Assembly: GCF_009914755.1 (NCBI RefSeq) | Contig: NC_060935.1 | Origin: the human T2T-CHM13v2.0 reference genome, Homo sapiens | DNA length: 64,000 bases | Strand: one strand, 5' to 3' | In this document: positions 63,572 through 64,000 of the stretch, in pieces | How the letters are laid out: each line of letters starts with the position of its first letter | Numbering within the stretch: the stretch's first letter is position 1 | Position numbers and translations under genes: made by a program | Notes under the pieces: generated by a model | Databases searched by the model: none | What the model saw: only the letters and a program-made list of their open reading frames with translations | Told to the model about the DNA's origin: nothing

Positions 63572-63580
63572 GGCCATCTT
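63572..63580 (-). promoter_or_regulatory. YY1 site of the L1 5'UTR promoter (AAGATGGCC)
   Basis: GGCCATCTT on +. The same site is altered in the other two 5'UTRs (GAGATGGCC at ~42157, AAGTTGGCT at ~46870). Confidence 0.8.
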
Positions 63581-63593
63581 GGCTCCTCCCCCA

Positions 63594-64000
63594 CTTCTGA
63601 CTAGTTTTTATGTGAAGACATTTCCTTTTTCACCATAGGCCTGAAAGTACTCAAAAATATCCCTTTGCAGATTCTACAAAAAGACTGCTTCCAAACTCCT
63701 TAATCAAAAGAAATTTTCAACTCTGTGAGAAGAATGCACACATCACAAAACAGTTTTTCAGAAAGCTTCTGTCTAATTTTTATGTGAAGATATGTCATTT
63801 TTCACCATAGTCATTAAACTGCTCACAAATATCCCTTTGCAGATACTACAAAAAGACCATTTCCAAACTGCTCAGTCAAAAGAAAGTTTCAGTTCTCTGA
63901 GATGAATGCACACATCACAAGGAAGTTTCTCGGAAAGCTTATGCTTAGTATTTATATAAAGTTATTTCCTTTTTCACCATAGGCCTCAAGTGGCTCACAA
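63594..64000 (-). repeat. Alpha satellite second layer, - orientation; begins with the right TSD copy (63594-63609)
   Basis: In register with the satellite left of the L1. Confidence 0.95.

Overview
This is hominid (human or great ape) pericentromeric DNA with no host genes. About two thirds is old, divergent alpha satellite in which I saw no CENP-B boxes. It forms two layers: an alternating-dimer layer (~2.4-22.1 kb) and a different, largely monomeric layer (~22.1-64 kb). Satellite orientation flips three times: ~11825, ~29715 and across the L1 at 46860-52909. Five L1PA elements are embedded: one running in from the left edge, one 5'-truncated, one 3'-deleted, one near full-length without a TSD, and one full-length with a 16-bp TSD. 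There is also a 5'-truncated SVA (SINE-R portion only). All long ORFs are broken L1 ORF1/ORF2 pieces, and the short ORFs are satellite or antisense-L1 artefacts. I found no evidence for a new protein-coding system. The most interesting features are structural: an L1 at an inversion between inverted paralogous satellite arms, L1 5'UTRs from both sides of the ZNF93-site deletion, a reused L1 target site in the monomer, relic higher-order repeats, and templated-insertion repair scars. Subfamily and layer names come from recalled consensus sequences and need RepeatMasker/HumAS-HMMER confirmation.
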